Assembly: GCF_000091665.1 (NCBI RefSeq)
Contig: NC_000909.1
Coordinates: 730,712 to 762,711, forward strand
Origin: Methanocaldococcus jannaschii DSM 2661
GTDB taxonomy: Archaea > AGJL01 > Methanococci > Methanococcales > Methanocaldococcaceae
Length of the DNA stretch: 32,000 bases
Reading direction: 5' to 3'
Shown here: one piece after another, positions 10,410 through 18,126 of the stretch
How positions within the stretch are numbered: the first letter of the stretch is position 1
How the letters are laid out: each line of letters begins with the position of its first letter
The notes under the pieces: model-generated
Told to the model about the DNA's origin: nothing
Database searches by the model: none
Seen by the model: only the letters and a program-made list of their open reading frames with translations
Position numbers and translations under genes: made by a program

Positions 10410-11021
10410 TTAACCACCATGTTCTTCACACCACTTACATTTTTCATAACCAAGTGCCTTTGCATCATCTTCAGAATAAAAATATATTATATTTTCCTCT
10501 TTTAATCTTTTTCCATAAGGACAGTTTTTTGAAGTGTGGTATTTTTTTCCATACTTTGAAGCGTAGATACCTGTTGGTGTTGGAGATAGATAAATATCTC
10601 TCTCAAAGTTATTCTTTTTTAGAAGTTTGAAATCCTTAATATTATTTAAAATTATTTCATACTTCCCCTTATATAAGGTTACCCTTCCTTTAACTTCGAT
10701 ATAATCTCCTTCTTTAATCATAGGATTATAGCTTAGTATGTAGGTTAAAAGTTCTTCTCTTGTCTTACCAAAAGCAACAACATCCAAATTTCCAGTGCCA
10801 TCATTTATAACAATTCTTGAAATATTAATAACGTGTCTATATTTATCTCTTTTAACATACATCTCTTGGATATATCCTTTTATAACGACATAATCTCCTT
10901 CTTTTATTTCAGCTATATGCTTTTCTTTTGGTTGAATTGGGTTTAAAAATAGCCACGTAGTAGATATAATTACAAAACAAGTTAGAGCAAATAAAGTAAT
11001 GTTTTTTTCAGTTAGTTTCAT
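10410..11021 (-). CDS. Membrane-anchored OB-fold protein with C-terminal Ada-like zinc-binding domain
   Basis: N-terminal TM helix. Two IKEGDY..(V/I)KG(Y/R) repeats suggest OB-fold beta-barrels. The C-terminal YHTSKNCPYGKRL..NIIYFYSEDDAKALGYEKCKWC resembles the Ada metal-binding domain. Confidence 0.6.
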   Translation of the reverse strand: MKLTEKNITLFALTCFVIISTTWLFLNPIQPKEKHIAEIKEGDYVVIKGYIQEMYVKRDKYRHVINISRIVINDGTGNLDVVAFGKTREELLTYILSYNPMIKEGDYIEVKGRVTLYKGKYEIILNNIKDFKLLKKNNFERDIYLSPTPTGIYASKYGKKYHTSKNCPYGKRLKEENIIYFYSEDDAKALGYEKCKWCEEHGG

Positions 11022-11029
11022 TATATCAC

Positions 11030-11085
11030 TTTAGAAATTCTTTAGTAACTTGCTATTTTTTAATAAGGCAGGATTATCCTAATAA
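11030..11085 (-). promoter_or_regulatory. Putative promoter region of the 8-gene minus-strand array
   Basis: On the minus strand, an A/T-rich TATA-like TTATTAAAAAATA lies about 40-50 nt upstream of ATG 11021. An 11-bp perfect palindrome AGGATTATCCT (11070-11080) lies just upstream of that. Confidence 0.3.
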
Positions 11086-11094
11086 ATTATAGTA

Positions 11095-11146
11095 ATCTTT
11101 TTATAGCGTTCCAAATTAAAAAGCTTTGAGGTTTTAAAAGAAACTT
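11095..11146 (-). repeat. Extra copy of the 3' end of the archaeal-ATPase paralogue (gene remnant)
   Basis: The minus strand encodes ..LKPQSFLIWNAIKRLL*, versus LKPQSYLVWNAIKMLL* at the end of ORF 11184-11513 (copy B DNA 11194-11235). Several differences are synonymous (cct/ccg, caa/cag, agc/agt, tta/ctt). An in-frame TAA sits 4 codons upstream. Confidence 0.7.
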
Positions 11147-11183
11147 TTAGAAAAAGTTTCATCAAAATTGAATATATATCTTA

Positions 11184-11715
11184 CTATAATAACATCTTTA
11201 TAGCGTTCCAGACAAGATAACTCTGCGGTTTTAAACTCCCTTTTTGTGGATTTAAGAATAAGATGTTATTCTTAACTAAGAACACTCTAATTTTTTTAGG
11301 TATTTTTATATCCTCAATTTCATAATTTTCTTTAAACAGTTTTAATGCATCAACTATTTTATTATAAAGTTCCTCATCCTCTTCTTTAACATCCTCTAAG
11401 AAATATTTTAATTTTTGAACTTCATCTCTAAACATTTCATCTAAAATTTCTTTTAAGTTTTCATATCTTAAACTATCAATAACAATTTCTATTAATTGGC
11501 TTCCCACCAACATAGGAATAAATTAATTCTTTCTCATCCTCAGATAATTTTTTATTTAGAATCTCTTCAGCTAAAAAATCCATAAATTTTATTGCGGTCT
11601 CTTTATCAAAGTCATCCACTAAAATATAATCAGCTCTTCCTTCTAACTCTCCAGTCTTATAAACATATTCAATAAATAAACTATCCGACGATAAACAAAA
11701 AACATGGCATAAATG
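11184..11715 (-). pseudogene. Archaeal P-loop ATPase family paralogue, C-terminal two-thirds, frameshifted
   Basis: One frame reads ..[39 protein letters not shown] and then stops at 11476. The continuation [12 protein letters not shown]... lies in the next frame (ORF 11184-11513). The implied 1-nt indel is near 11496. There is no start codon and no N-terminal domain. Confidence 0.7.
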
Positions 11716-11742
11716 TTGGACTTTAGTTAAAGCAACTAAGAA

Positions 11743-11973
11743 TTGGGTTTAAAGACAGGGATAACAATAATATTAGGATTAGGAGAAAAAGAGGAAGATA
11801 TTGAGAAGTTATTAAATTTAATTGAGGAGTTGGATTTAAATAGAATTACCTTCTACTCTCTAAATCCACAAAAAGGAACTATTTATGAAAACAAACCATC
11901 AGTAACTACAATAGAGTATATGAACTGGGTTTCTTCTGTTAGGTTGAATTTCCCACTGTTTAAAGAACCATAG
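11743..11973 (+). pseudogene. BioB/HmdB-like radical-SAM protein fragment (C-terminal half only)
   Basis: [43 protein letters not shown]...VRLNFP matches the post-barrel region of biotin-synthase-like radical SAM enzymes. There is no CxxxCxxC part, and stops lie immediately upstream. Confidence 0.7.
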
Positions 11974-12053
11974 ATAAAATAAATTAAATTTGGCTCTCCT
12001 TCTATAATTGATAAGATTTTGTTAATCTCTTTCTCTCTGTTAAAAAATTTCAT
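11883..12053 (-). pseudogene. N-terminal fragment of the same archaeal ATPase family (ends just after the Walker A GK)
   Basis: Minus-strand reading gives MKFFNREKEINKILSIIEGEPNLIYFIYGSLNSGK, followed by unrelated sequence that is the antisense of the radical-SAM fragment. It is a 56-codon ORF, below the track cutoff. Confidence 0.65.
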
Positions 12054-12093
12054 AATTTCACCAATTAATTTAAATTTATGAATTAAATCATCT

Positions 12094-12113
12094 AAAAAAA
12101 TAAAAAAGAAAAA
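12094..12113 (-). terminator. Oligo-T terminator downstream of the S-layer gene
   Basis: The minus strand reads CTTTTTCTTTTTTATTTTTTT starting about 10 nt after the stop. Archaeal terminators are T-runs. Confidence 0.5.
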
Positions 12114-12123
12114 GTTAAGGAAT

Positions 12124-13800
12124 TTAGAGGTTTTTGATTAACTCTAAAGCAGCTTCTCTTGTCTTCTCTCTGTCTCCACCAGCAACAACAATTACATCAT
12201 GTCCGTTTGCAGCATCTGGAATGAGTGCGATTGTTGCTGGGCTGTTGTTGTCTAATGCTAATTTTCCAGCATCAACTAACTCTTTTGTTAATTTGTTTGC
12301 AACCGGTCCTCCAACTAAGACCAAGTTTTTGTCAGCTGTGTCTAAGCTAACTTCTGTATCTAACTTAGCGATTGGTGCTGTTAATGAAACTGGTTCAACT
12401 GCATTAGCTTTTATATCTTTTAATTTAACTTCTGCGTTGAGTGCTTTTACTTTCTCTCCAATGTTTAATGTAGCATCAACATCTTTGTCCATTGAGAAGT
12501 ATACTTTTAATTTGTCATTTGAATCTTCGTCATCTAATTTAAACTTAACATAGTCTAAAATATCTACTTCGTCTCCACTATCTAAGTCGTCTAATTTATC
12601 TCCATCGTATCTTAAAGCAATACCTACAACTTTATCTACATTGTTATCATTTAAGTCATCTTCTAATTTCATTGTTCCATTATCGTTTAATACAGCGTAT
12701 GCTTTCCAATCAGTTACGTATTCTTCGTCAAGTTCTAATTTTTTAAGGTCTTTTGAAATAACTAATTCTGCATATCCGTAATCTCCACCAACATTTTCCC
12801 AAGCTTTATGGACTGTTACACCAACGTCATCTTTGTATTCTAATTCTAATGGAGCCTTATCATATTTTTCTGCTACAACTTTTCCATCTTTTAATATTTG
12901 GACATCTACTTTATAGACATCAGTGTTATTTACAGTAGTTTTTAATATTGCTTTTATTTTGACTTGGTATCCATTTCCTAAATCGTAAGTTTCTCCTTCT
13001 TTTATGATTCCATCATATACTGGAGTACCTAAGTATATTGCATCATCATCTTTGTCAATATCAACAACAACCATCTCTTTTCCTAAGAATGGAATTCTCA
13101 TACCTTCTTCCATTTTTGTTGTGTTAGCAAAGTTCTCTTCATCATCTTTATAAACTAATGTTTCATATAACATGTTCTTTTTATAGACAGTGAATCCATC
13201 ACTAGTATCGTTCTTTAATTCGACCATTACAATTTCTCCTGCATCATCATCACTGTCATACCAGTCTGATGGGTCAACATCATCAACTTTCATCATTGTT
13301 GCAATATCTCCTAAATCAACAGTTTTGTTTATTTTGTCAGCATCGCCTAAAACACCATTGTCCATAAATGATGGTTTTCCAGTATCATTTTCGAATTTTT
13401 CTGAATAGTCTCCATCTGATGCAGCAACGAATAATGCGTATGCATTTGCAGGCATTGCACTATTGTTCCAATCTTTCTTTAAGTCGAAGTCATCGGAATT
13501 AGCTTCTGCATGAACGGTTATGTCAGCACTTCCATCTTCAACTGTTCCTTCTTTGTAGCATAAGCTTCCTATTTTAGCAGCAATATCAGCAGCTGAAACA
13601 ACGTCCATTGTTGATGGAGCATCAGCACCTACAACAACATAGCAGTTTGGCTGTCCATCTTTAACTAATATATCTTTTAACTCTTTGTAGTCACTGAATC
13701 CTGATGTTGTTACTTCAGCAGCAACTCCACTTGCTAAAGCTGTAGCAACCATTGCCCCTCCAACTGCAATAGCACCGATTTTCTTTAAGCTCATTGCCAT
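12124..13800 (-). CDS. slmj1: S-layer protein (acidic, signal-peptide bearing)
   Basis: The signal peptide is MAMSLKKIGAIAVGGAMVATALASGVAA. The protein is very D/E/V/K-rich with almost no Cys or Gln and has several N-x-S/T sequons. A strong SD AGGTGAT is present. I recognise it as the Methanocaldococcus S-layer protein from memory. Confidence 0.9.
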   Translation of the reverse strand: MAMSLKKIGAIAVGGAMVATALASGVAAEVTTSGFSDYKELKDILVKDGQPNCYVVVGADAPSTMDVVSAADIAAKIGSLCYKEGTVEDGSADITVHAEANSDDFDLKKDWNNSAMPANAYALFVAASDGDYSEKFENDTGKPSFMDNGVLGDADKINKTVDLGDIATMMKVDDVDPSDWYDSDDDAGEIVMVELKNDTSDGFTVYKKNMLYETLVYKDDEENFANTTKMEEGMRIPFLGKEMVVVDIDKDDDAIYLGTPVYDGIIKEGETYDLGNGYQVKIKAILKTTVNNTDVYKVDVQILKDGKVVAEKYDKAPLELEYKDDVGVTVHKAWENVGGDYGYAELVISKDLKKLELDEEYVTDWKAYAVLNDNGTMKLEDDLNDNNVDKVVGIALRYDGDKLDDLDSGDEVDILDYVKFKLDDEDSNDKLKVYFSMDKDVDATLNIGEKVKALNAEVKLKDIKANAVEPVSLTAPIAKLDTEVSLDTADKNLVLVGGPVANKLTKELVDAGKLALDNNSPATIALIPDAANGHDVIVVAGGDREKTREAALELIKNL

Positions 13801-13837
13801 ACTTTATCACCTAAGTTTTTGTATTGTTATTTGATTG

Positions 13838-13872
13838 ACGGTATATACCTTCGACAAACTACTATATAAATC
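13838..13872 (-). promoter_or_regulatory. Putative S-layer gene promoter (TATA candidates)
   Basis: The minus strand has TTTATATAG (13862-13870) and the palindromic GGTATATACC (13840-13849), about 40-70 nt upstream of ATG 13800. Confidence 0.35.
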
Positions 13873-14117
13873 TTACGATATGAAACGGTTATAACAATAG
13901 TTTCTGAATGAAAAATTTTATTATATCTTTGTTATACAAAATTTAATTTATAATATCGCTCTATTAAAAAATAAAAAAAGTTACAAATGTTTGCAACTTT
14001 TTTAAATGGATAAAAATTAATTTTGATATATCCAAATATTTAGTAGAAACTTATAAAAATATGTGGGGGTTTATAATGAATTAGAAATTTTTTCTTTAAA
14101 AAATCTTAAGGGATAAA

Positions 14118-14891
14118 ATGAAAATAGCAATAACTGGAAAAGGAGGAGTAGGAAAAACATTTATTGCTTCAACATTAATGAGATTATTTGAAAAAAATGG
14201 ATTTAAAGTTATTGGAGTTGACTGTGATCCAAACCCTACATTGGCATTAGCTTTTGGAGTTGAGGAAGAGATAGTTCCATTATCAAAAAGACATGACATA
14301 ATAGAGGAAAGAACTGGAGCTAAACCAGGGACTTATGGAAATATTTTTAAAATAAATCCAAAAGTTGATGATTTAATAGATAAAGTTGGCTATAAAATAG
14401 GAAACATAACTCTCTTGGTTATGGGAACTATTGAAGAAGGGGGGGAGGGTTGTGTTTGTCCAGCCTCTGTTTTATTGAGAAGATTGTTAAGGCACTTAAT
14501 TTTAAAGAGAGATGAAGTTGTTATCTTAGATATGGAAGCAGGAATTGAACATTTCGGAAGAAAAACAATAGATACTGTTGATTTAATGTTAATTGTTATA
14601 GAACCAACAAAAAAATCTCTAATAACTGCAAAGAGAATGAAAAAATTAGCTAATGATTTAGGAATAAAAAACTTAGGAGTTATTGTTAATAAAGTAAGGA
14701 ATGAAGATAAAGAGTTACTAAAAGATATTATTAAAGAGGAACTTGGTTTAGAAGTTTTAGGATTTGTTCCTTATGATGAAGAAGTTATAAAAAGTGAATT
14801 CTTAGGAAAACCTATTAACTTAGATTCAAAAGCTGCAAAAGAGATTGAAAAAATATTCAACTATATCATAAAATTAAAAAATACTACTTAA
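14118..14891 (+). CDS. cooC: CooC-type nickel-insertion accessory ATPase (MinD/ParA superfamily)
   Basis: Deviant Walker A GKGGVGKT and the CooC-specific metal-binding motif EGCVCPAS (CxC). Confidence 0.8.
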   Translation: MKIAITGKGGVGKTFIASTLMRLFEKNGFKVIGVDCDPNPTLALAFGVEEEIVPLSKRHDIIEERTGAKPGTYGNIFKINPKVDDLIDKVGYKIGNITLLVMGTIEEGGEGCVCPASVLLRRLLRHLILKRDEVVILDMEAGIEHFGRKTIDTVDLMLIVIEPTKKSLITAKRMKKLANDLGIKNLGVIVNKVRNEDKELLKDIIKEELGLEVLGFVPYDEEVIKSEFLGKPINLDSKAAKEIEKIFNYIIKLKNTT

Positions 14892-15780
14892 TCTTGAAGT
14901 ATGGCTCTCTTCTATTTATACATTCAATAAAATATGGTTCTAAATTCTCTCCTTTTCTTAATGGAGTTAATACATCAACTAAGTTATCATCCCTCAACAA
15001 ACATGGTTTTAAATAGCCATCATAAGTTAATCTTATCCTTGTGCAGTGCATGCAAAACTCACTATTATCCATAGGCCTTACGAACTCTATTTCCAATCCA
15101 TCAACGATATATTTTTTCCTATTCTGCATGAAGTTTCTTGTAATAACTTTATCAGCTTTTTCTTTAATTTCATTTTCTATTGGAGAGATGTTATAATAAT
15201 AGCCCTTAAGCTCTTCTTTCAAAGGGATGAATTCAATAATTTGTAAAATAGCCCCAATATCCCTACAAAATTCCATAATATCTGGTAAATCTTTAATATT
15301 TATACTCATTGCTAAAAAATTGACCTTTAAAGGGGTTAAGCTAACATCTATTGCTTTCTTTATCCCATTTATTACTCTCTCAACATCTCCAAATTTTGTA
15401 ATTTTTTTATATAATTCGGGATTTAATGTGTCTAAGCTCACATTAACTCTATTTAGCCCAGCATCTTTAAGTTTTTCAGCTAAATTTTCTAAAAGGATTC
15501 CATTGGTTGTTAAAGAAATGTCTTTTATTCTTTCATCTTTGATATTTTCAATAATTTCACAAACATCTTTCCTCAGTAATGGCTCCCCACCAGAGATTTT
15601 TATTTTTTTAACTCCAAATTTTGTTGATGTCTTTGCTATAATCCCAATTTCTTCTGGAGTCATATATCTATCGTTATTTGAATCATGCCCCTCTCTATGG
15701 CAATAAAAGCACTGTAAATTGCATTTATTTGTTATAGAAATTCTAAGAGACCTAATTTCCCTACCAAATTTATCTTTCAT
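14884..15780 (-). CDS. moaA: GTP 3',8-cyclase (molybdenum cofactor biosynthesis protein A)
   Basis: Radical SAM CNLQCFYCH, GGEPLLR, and a C-terminal second-cluster Cys motif (CMHCTRIRLTYDGYLKPC). There is an 8-nt convergent overlap with cooC. Confidence 0.9.
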   Translation of the reverse strand: MKDKFGREIRSLRISITNKCNLQCFYCHREGHDSNNDRYMTPEEIGIIAKTSTKFGVKKIKISGGEPLLRKDVCEIIENIKDERIKDISLTTNGILLENLAEKLKDAGLNRVNVSLDTLNPELYKKITKFGDVERVINGIKKAIDVSLTPLKVNFLAMSINIKDLPDIMEFCRDIGAILQIIEFIPLKEELKGYYYNISPIENEIKEKADKVITRNFMQNRKKYIVDGLEIEFVRPMDNSEFCMHCTRIRLTYDGYLKPCLLRDDNLVDVLTPLRKGENLEPYFIECINRREPYFKIK

Positions 15781-15880
15781 ACTTACTCACTACTAAAAAA
15801 TTAAGGTTTTAAAAATAGAATTGGGAAATTAATTATAAAAAAGCTACGTAATGATTTTAGATTAATTAAAGTATATAAAT

Positions 15881-16576
15881 TTATTTGTTCTCTTCTTTAG
15901 TTTCCTTTTTTCTTTCAAATGTCTCAACAAAGCTAACTTTTTCAGCATCTTCTAATCTCTTCAATATTTCGTTAGCAATAGCCATCTTAGCTGTTTGAAT
16001 GTTTGGAATAAATGGAGCAAATTCAGGCAATTCTATCTTAACTGTTCCATTTCTGATAGTTACTTTTACATCACTCAATCTTGGAACATACATTTTTACA
16101 ATTTCTTTTACAATATTCTTTTTATCATCAACAACTTCTTCAATTTTTATCCTATATTTTACCTCTTTTCCAGCTAATTCATGGTTAAAATCGACTAAAA
16201 CTCTTCCACTGTTTATGCTAACAATTTTTCCAGGAATTCCATCAATAGTTATGGTTAATCCTTTTATTGGCTTAATTCCTCTTTTTGTAAATTCTGATAA
16301 TGGGATTAATTTTATCTTTGATGGGTCTCTCTTACCAAAAGCTTTCTCTGGAGGTAAAACAACTTCTCTTTCCTCACCAACATCCATTTCTAATATGGCT
16401 TCGTCTAATCCAGGTAATACTTGTCCTTCTCCAGCAAAGATAGCAACAGGACCATAAATCATTGCAGGGTTGTAAATCCCCTCTTTTTTAGCCAATTCTT
16501 CGTTAGTTGTATCAAATAGTTTTCCATCAACGTATCCGTCATAGCTAATCTTTACCATTTTACCCTTTTCTACCAT
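15881..16576 (-). CDS. Long-type FKBP peptidyl-prolyl cis-trans isomerase
   Basis: FKBP core ([37 protein letters not shown]) with an IF-flap insert and a C-terminal domain. I place the start at ATG 16576 behind GAGGTGGA. The track's TTG at 16603 is less likely. Confidence 0.85.
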
Positions 16577-16749
16577 ATCTTCCACCTCTATTAATTTAGC
16601 CAAAGTTCAATGATTAATGAGTTTAAAAAATCTTTCATAATTTTAATATAAACCCTATATAAACATAACTGAACAAAAACGAAAAATTTTAAATATTATA
16701 ATAAATCATAATTAATTAAGCAACTGGGAGATTGTAATGTGTGATATAG

Positions 16750-17166
16750 ATGGAGATTGGCTATATCTTTATATTGGCAGGCTTTTTAGTGATAGCATTG
16801 GAAGCTATAGTGCCAGGATTATATTTTCCTGCCTGGGGGATAGCACTTTTGATATATGGAGTAGTTTTATTAATAATCCCACAATATGCATTTATTTCTG
16901 CAATAATTGCTGGAGTTTTGACGATAATTATCTTACATAAATTTGTTTATGGCGTTGGAAAAGAGATAAAAGTGGGGGCTGAGAGATTTGTTGGAATGAT
17001 TGGAATAGCAATAGAAGATTTTGAAGAAAATGGTTATGGAAGGATTAAGATAGAGAACCAAATATGGTTAGCAAAGTCTAAAGATAAAATAAAGAATGGA
17101 GATAAAGTTGAGATTGTAGGAGTTGAAGGAGTCTCACTAATAGTTAAAAAAGTTGAAGGTGAATGA
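16750..17166 (+). CDS. NfeD-family membrane protein (short form, C-terminal OB domain)
   Basis: Three or four N-terminal TM helices, then GRIKIENQIWLAKS...GDKVEIVGVEG..LIVKK, the typical NfeD OB domain. It is immediately followed by the stomatin gene, which is the classic operon pairing. Confidence 0.8.
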   Translation: MEIGYIFILAGFLVIALEAIVPGLYFPAWGIALLIYGVVLLIIPQYAFISAIIAGVLTIIILHKFVYGVGKEIKVGAERFVGMIGIAIEDFEENGYGRIKIENQIWLAKSKDKIKNGDKVEIVGVEGVSLIVKKVEGE

Positions 17167-17167
17167 T

Positions 17168-17752
17168 ATGTTTTGGTTTTGGCTAATATTAGGAATTATA
17201 GCATTATTTATAATTGTTAAAGCAATAGTTATAGTCAATCAATATGAGGGAGGATTAATCTTTAGATTGGGGAGGGTTATTGGAAAATTAAAGCCAGGGA
17301 TAAATATAATAATTCCATTCTTAGATGTGCCTGTTAAGGTTGATATGAGGACGAGAGTTACCGATATCCCTCCTCAAGAGATGATTACAAAGGATAATGC
17401 AGTTGTAAAAGTGGATGCGGTTGTTTATTATAGGGTTATAGATGTTGAAAAGGCAATTTTAGAAGTTGAGGATTACGAATATGCTATAATAAACTTAGCT
17501 CAAACCACATTGAGGGCAATAATTGGTAGTATGGAGTTAGATGAGGTTTTAAATAAAAGGGAGTATATAAACTCAAAGTTATTGGAAATTTTGGATAGAG
17601 AGACAGATGCATGGGGAGTTAGGATTGAAAAGGTTGAAGTTAAAGAAATAGACCCACCAGAGGACATTAAAAATGCCATGGCTCAACAAATGAAGGCAGA
17701 GAGATTGAAGAGAGCAGCAATATTAGAGGCAGAGGGAGAGAAGCCAGAGTAG
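17168..17752 (+). CDS. SPFH/band-7 (stomatin/prohibitin-like) protein, prematurely terminated N-terminal part
   Basis: A TM helix followed by the SPFH core ([13 protein letters not shown]...DAVVYYRV...LRAIIG...). The probable start is ATG 17168, 1 nt after the NfeD stop. The ORF ends at TAG 17750-17752 in the middle of the conserved AEGE repeat region. Confidence 0.8.
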   Translation: MFWFWLILGIIALFIIVKAIVIVNQYEGGLIFRLGRVIGKLKPGINIIIPFLDVPVKVDMRTRVTDIPPQEMITKDNAVVKVDAVVYYRVIDVEKAILEVEDYEYAIINLAQTTLRAIIGSMELDEVLNKREYINSKLLEILDRETDAWGVRIEKVEVKEIDPPEDIKNAMAQQMKAERLKRAAILEAEGEKPE

Positions 17753-17984
17753 AATTTTAAGGGCAGAGGGTATTGCTGAGAGTTTGAGGATTGAAGCTGA
17801 AGGGCAGGCAAAGGCAATACAAATAGTAGCAGAGGCAGCAAGACAATACTTTAAAGATGAAGCTCAATTGTATAAGGCTTTGGAAGTGGCTAATAATGTG
17901 TTAAAAGATAATGCAAAATATGTTATCTCAGAAAATATATTGGATGTTGTTAGAAACTTTATTAAAAAGGATAAATCAGCTTAG
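17745..17984 (+). pseudogene. C-terminal remainder of the stomatin gene in the +1 frame
   Basis: From 17745 the next frame reads [32 protein letters not shown]..., the expected continuation of ...AILEAEGEK. It is separated from the N-terminal part only by a 1-nt frame change at CC 17744-17745. Confidence 0.75.
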
Positions 17985-18126
17985 CAAAATTATATATAAA
18001 TCTTTTTTTAATAATATTTTACACTCAATATTCATGTCTCATTTTAAAAACACACTAATCATTTTTACGATTTTAAAAATTAGATACCAAAAATAAATTT
18101 AAAATAAAAGTCTCATGGTGATAGTT

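Noticed and set aside
12134-13408. ORFs 12134-12553 and 13190-13408 on the + strand
   Set aside because: They are antisense to the S-layer gene, have Ser/Thr/Phe-rich nonsense-like products, and lack an SD.
14096-14299. 67-aa minus-strand ORF across the cooC start
   Set aside because: It is antisense to the strongly supported CooC P-loop region.
15046-16457. ORFs 15046-15246, 15227-15706, 15995-16177 and 15999-16457 on the + strand
   Set aside because: They are antisense to moaA and the FKBP gene, with low-complexity products.
16737-16940. 67-aa ORF overlapping the start of the NfeD gene in another frame
   Set aside because: The product is Cys/Ser/Phe-rich and unlike any local protein. The NfeD frame shows clear TM helices and an OB domain. 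An upstream GGGAGAT is well spaced for this ATG, so I note it, but the coding evidence favours NfeD.
17911-18096. 61-aa ORF spanning the stomatin 3' end and the following spacer
   Set aside because: It overlaps the real C-terminal stomatin frame and runs into a T-rich terminator and promoter region. It has no SD.
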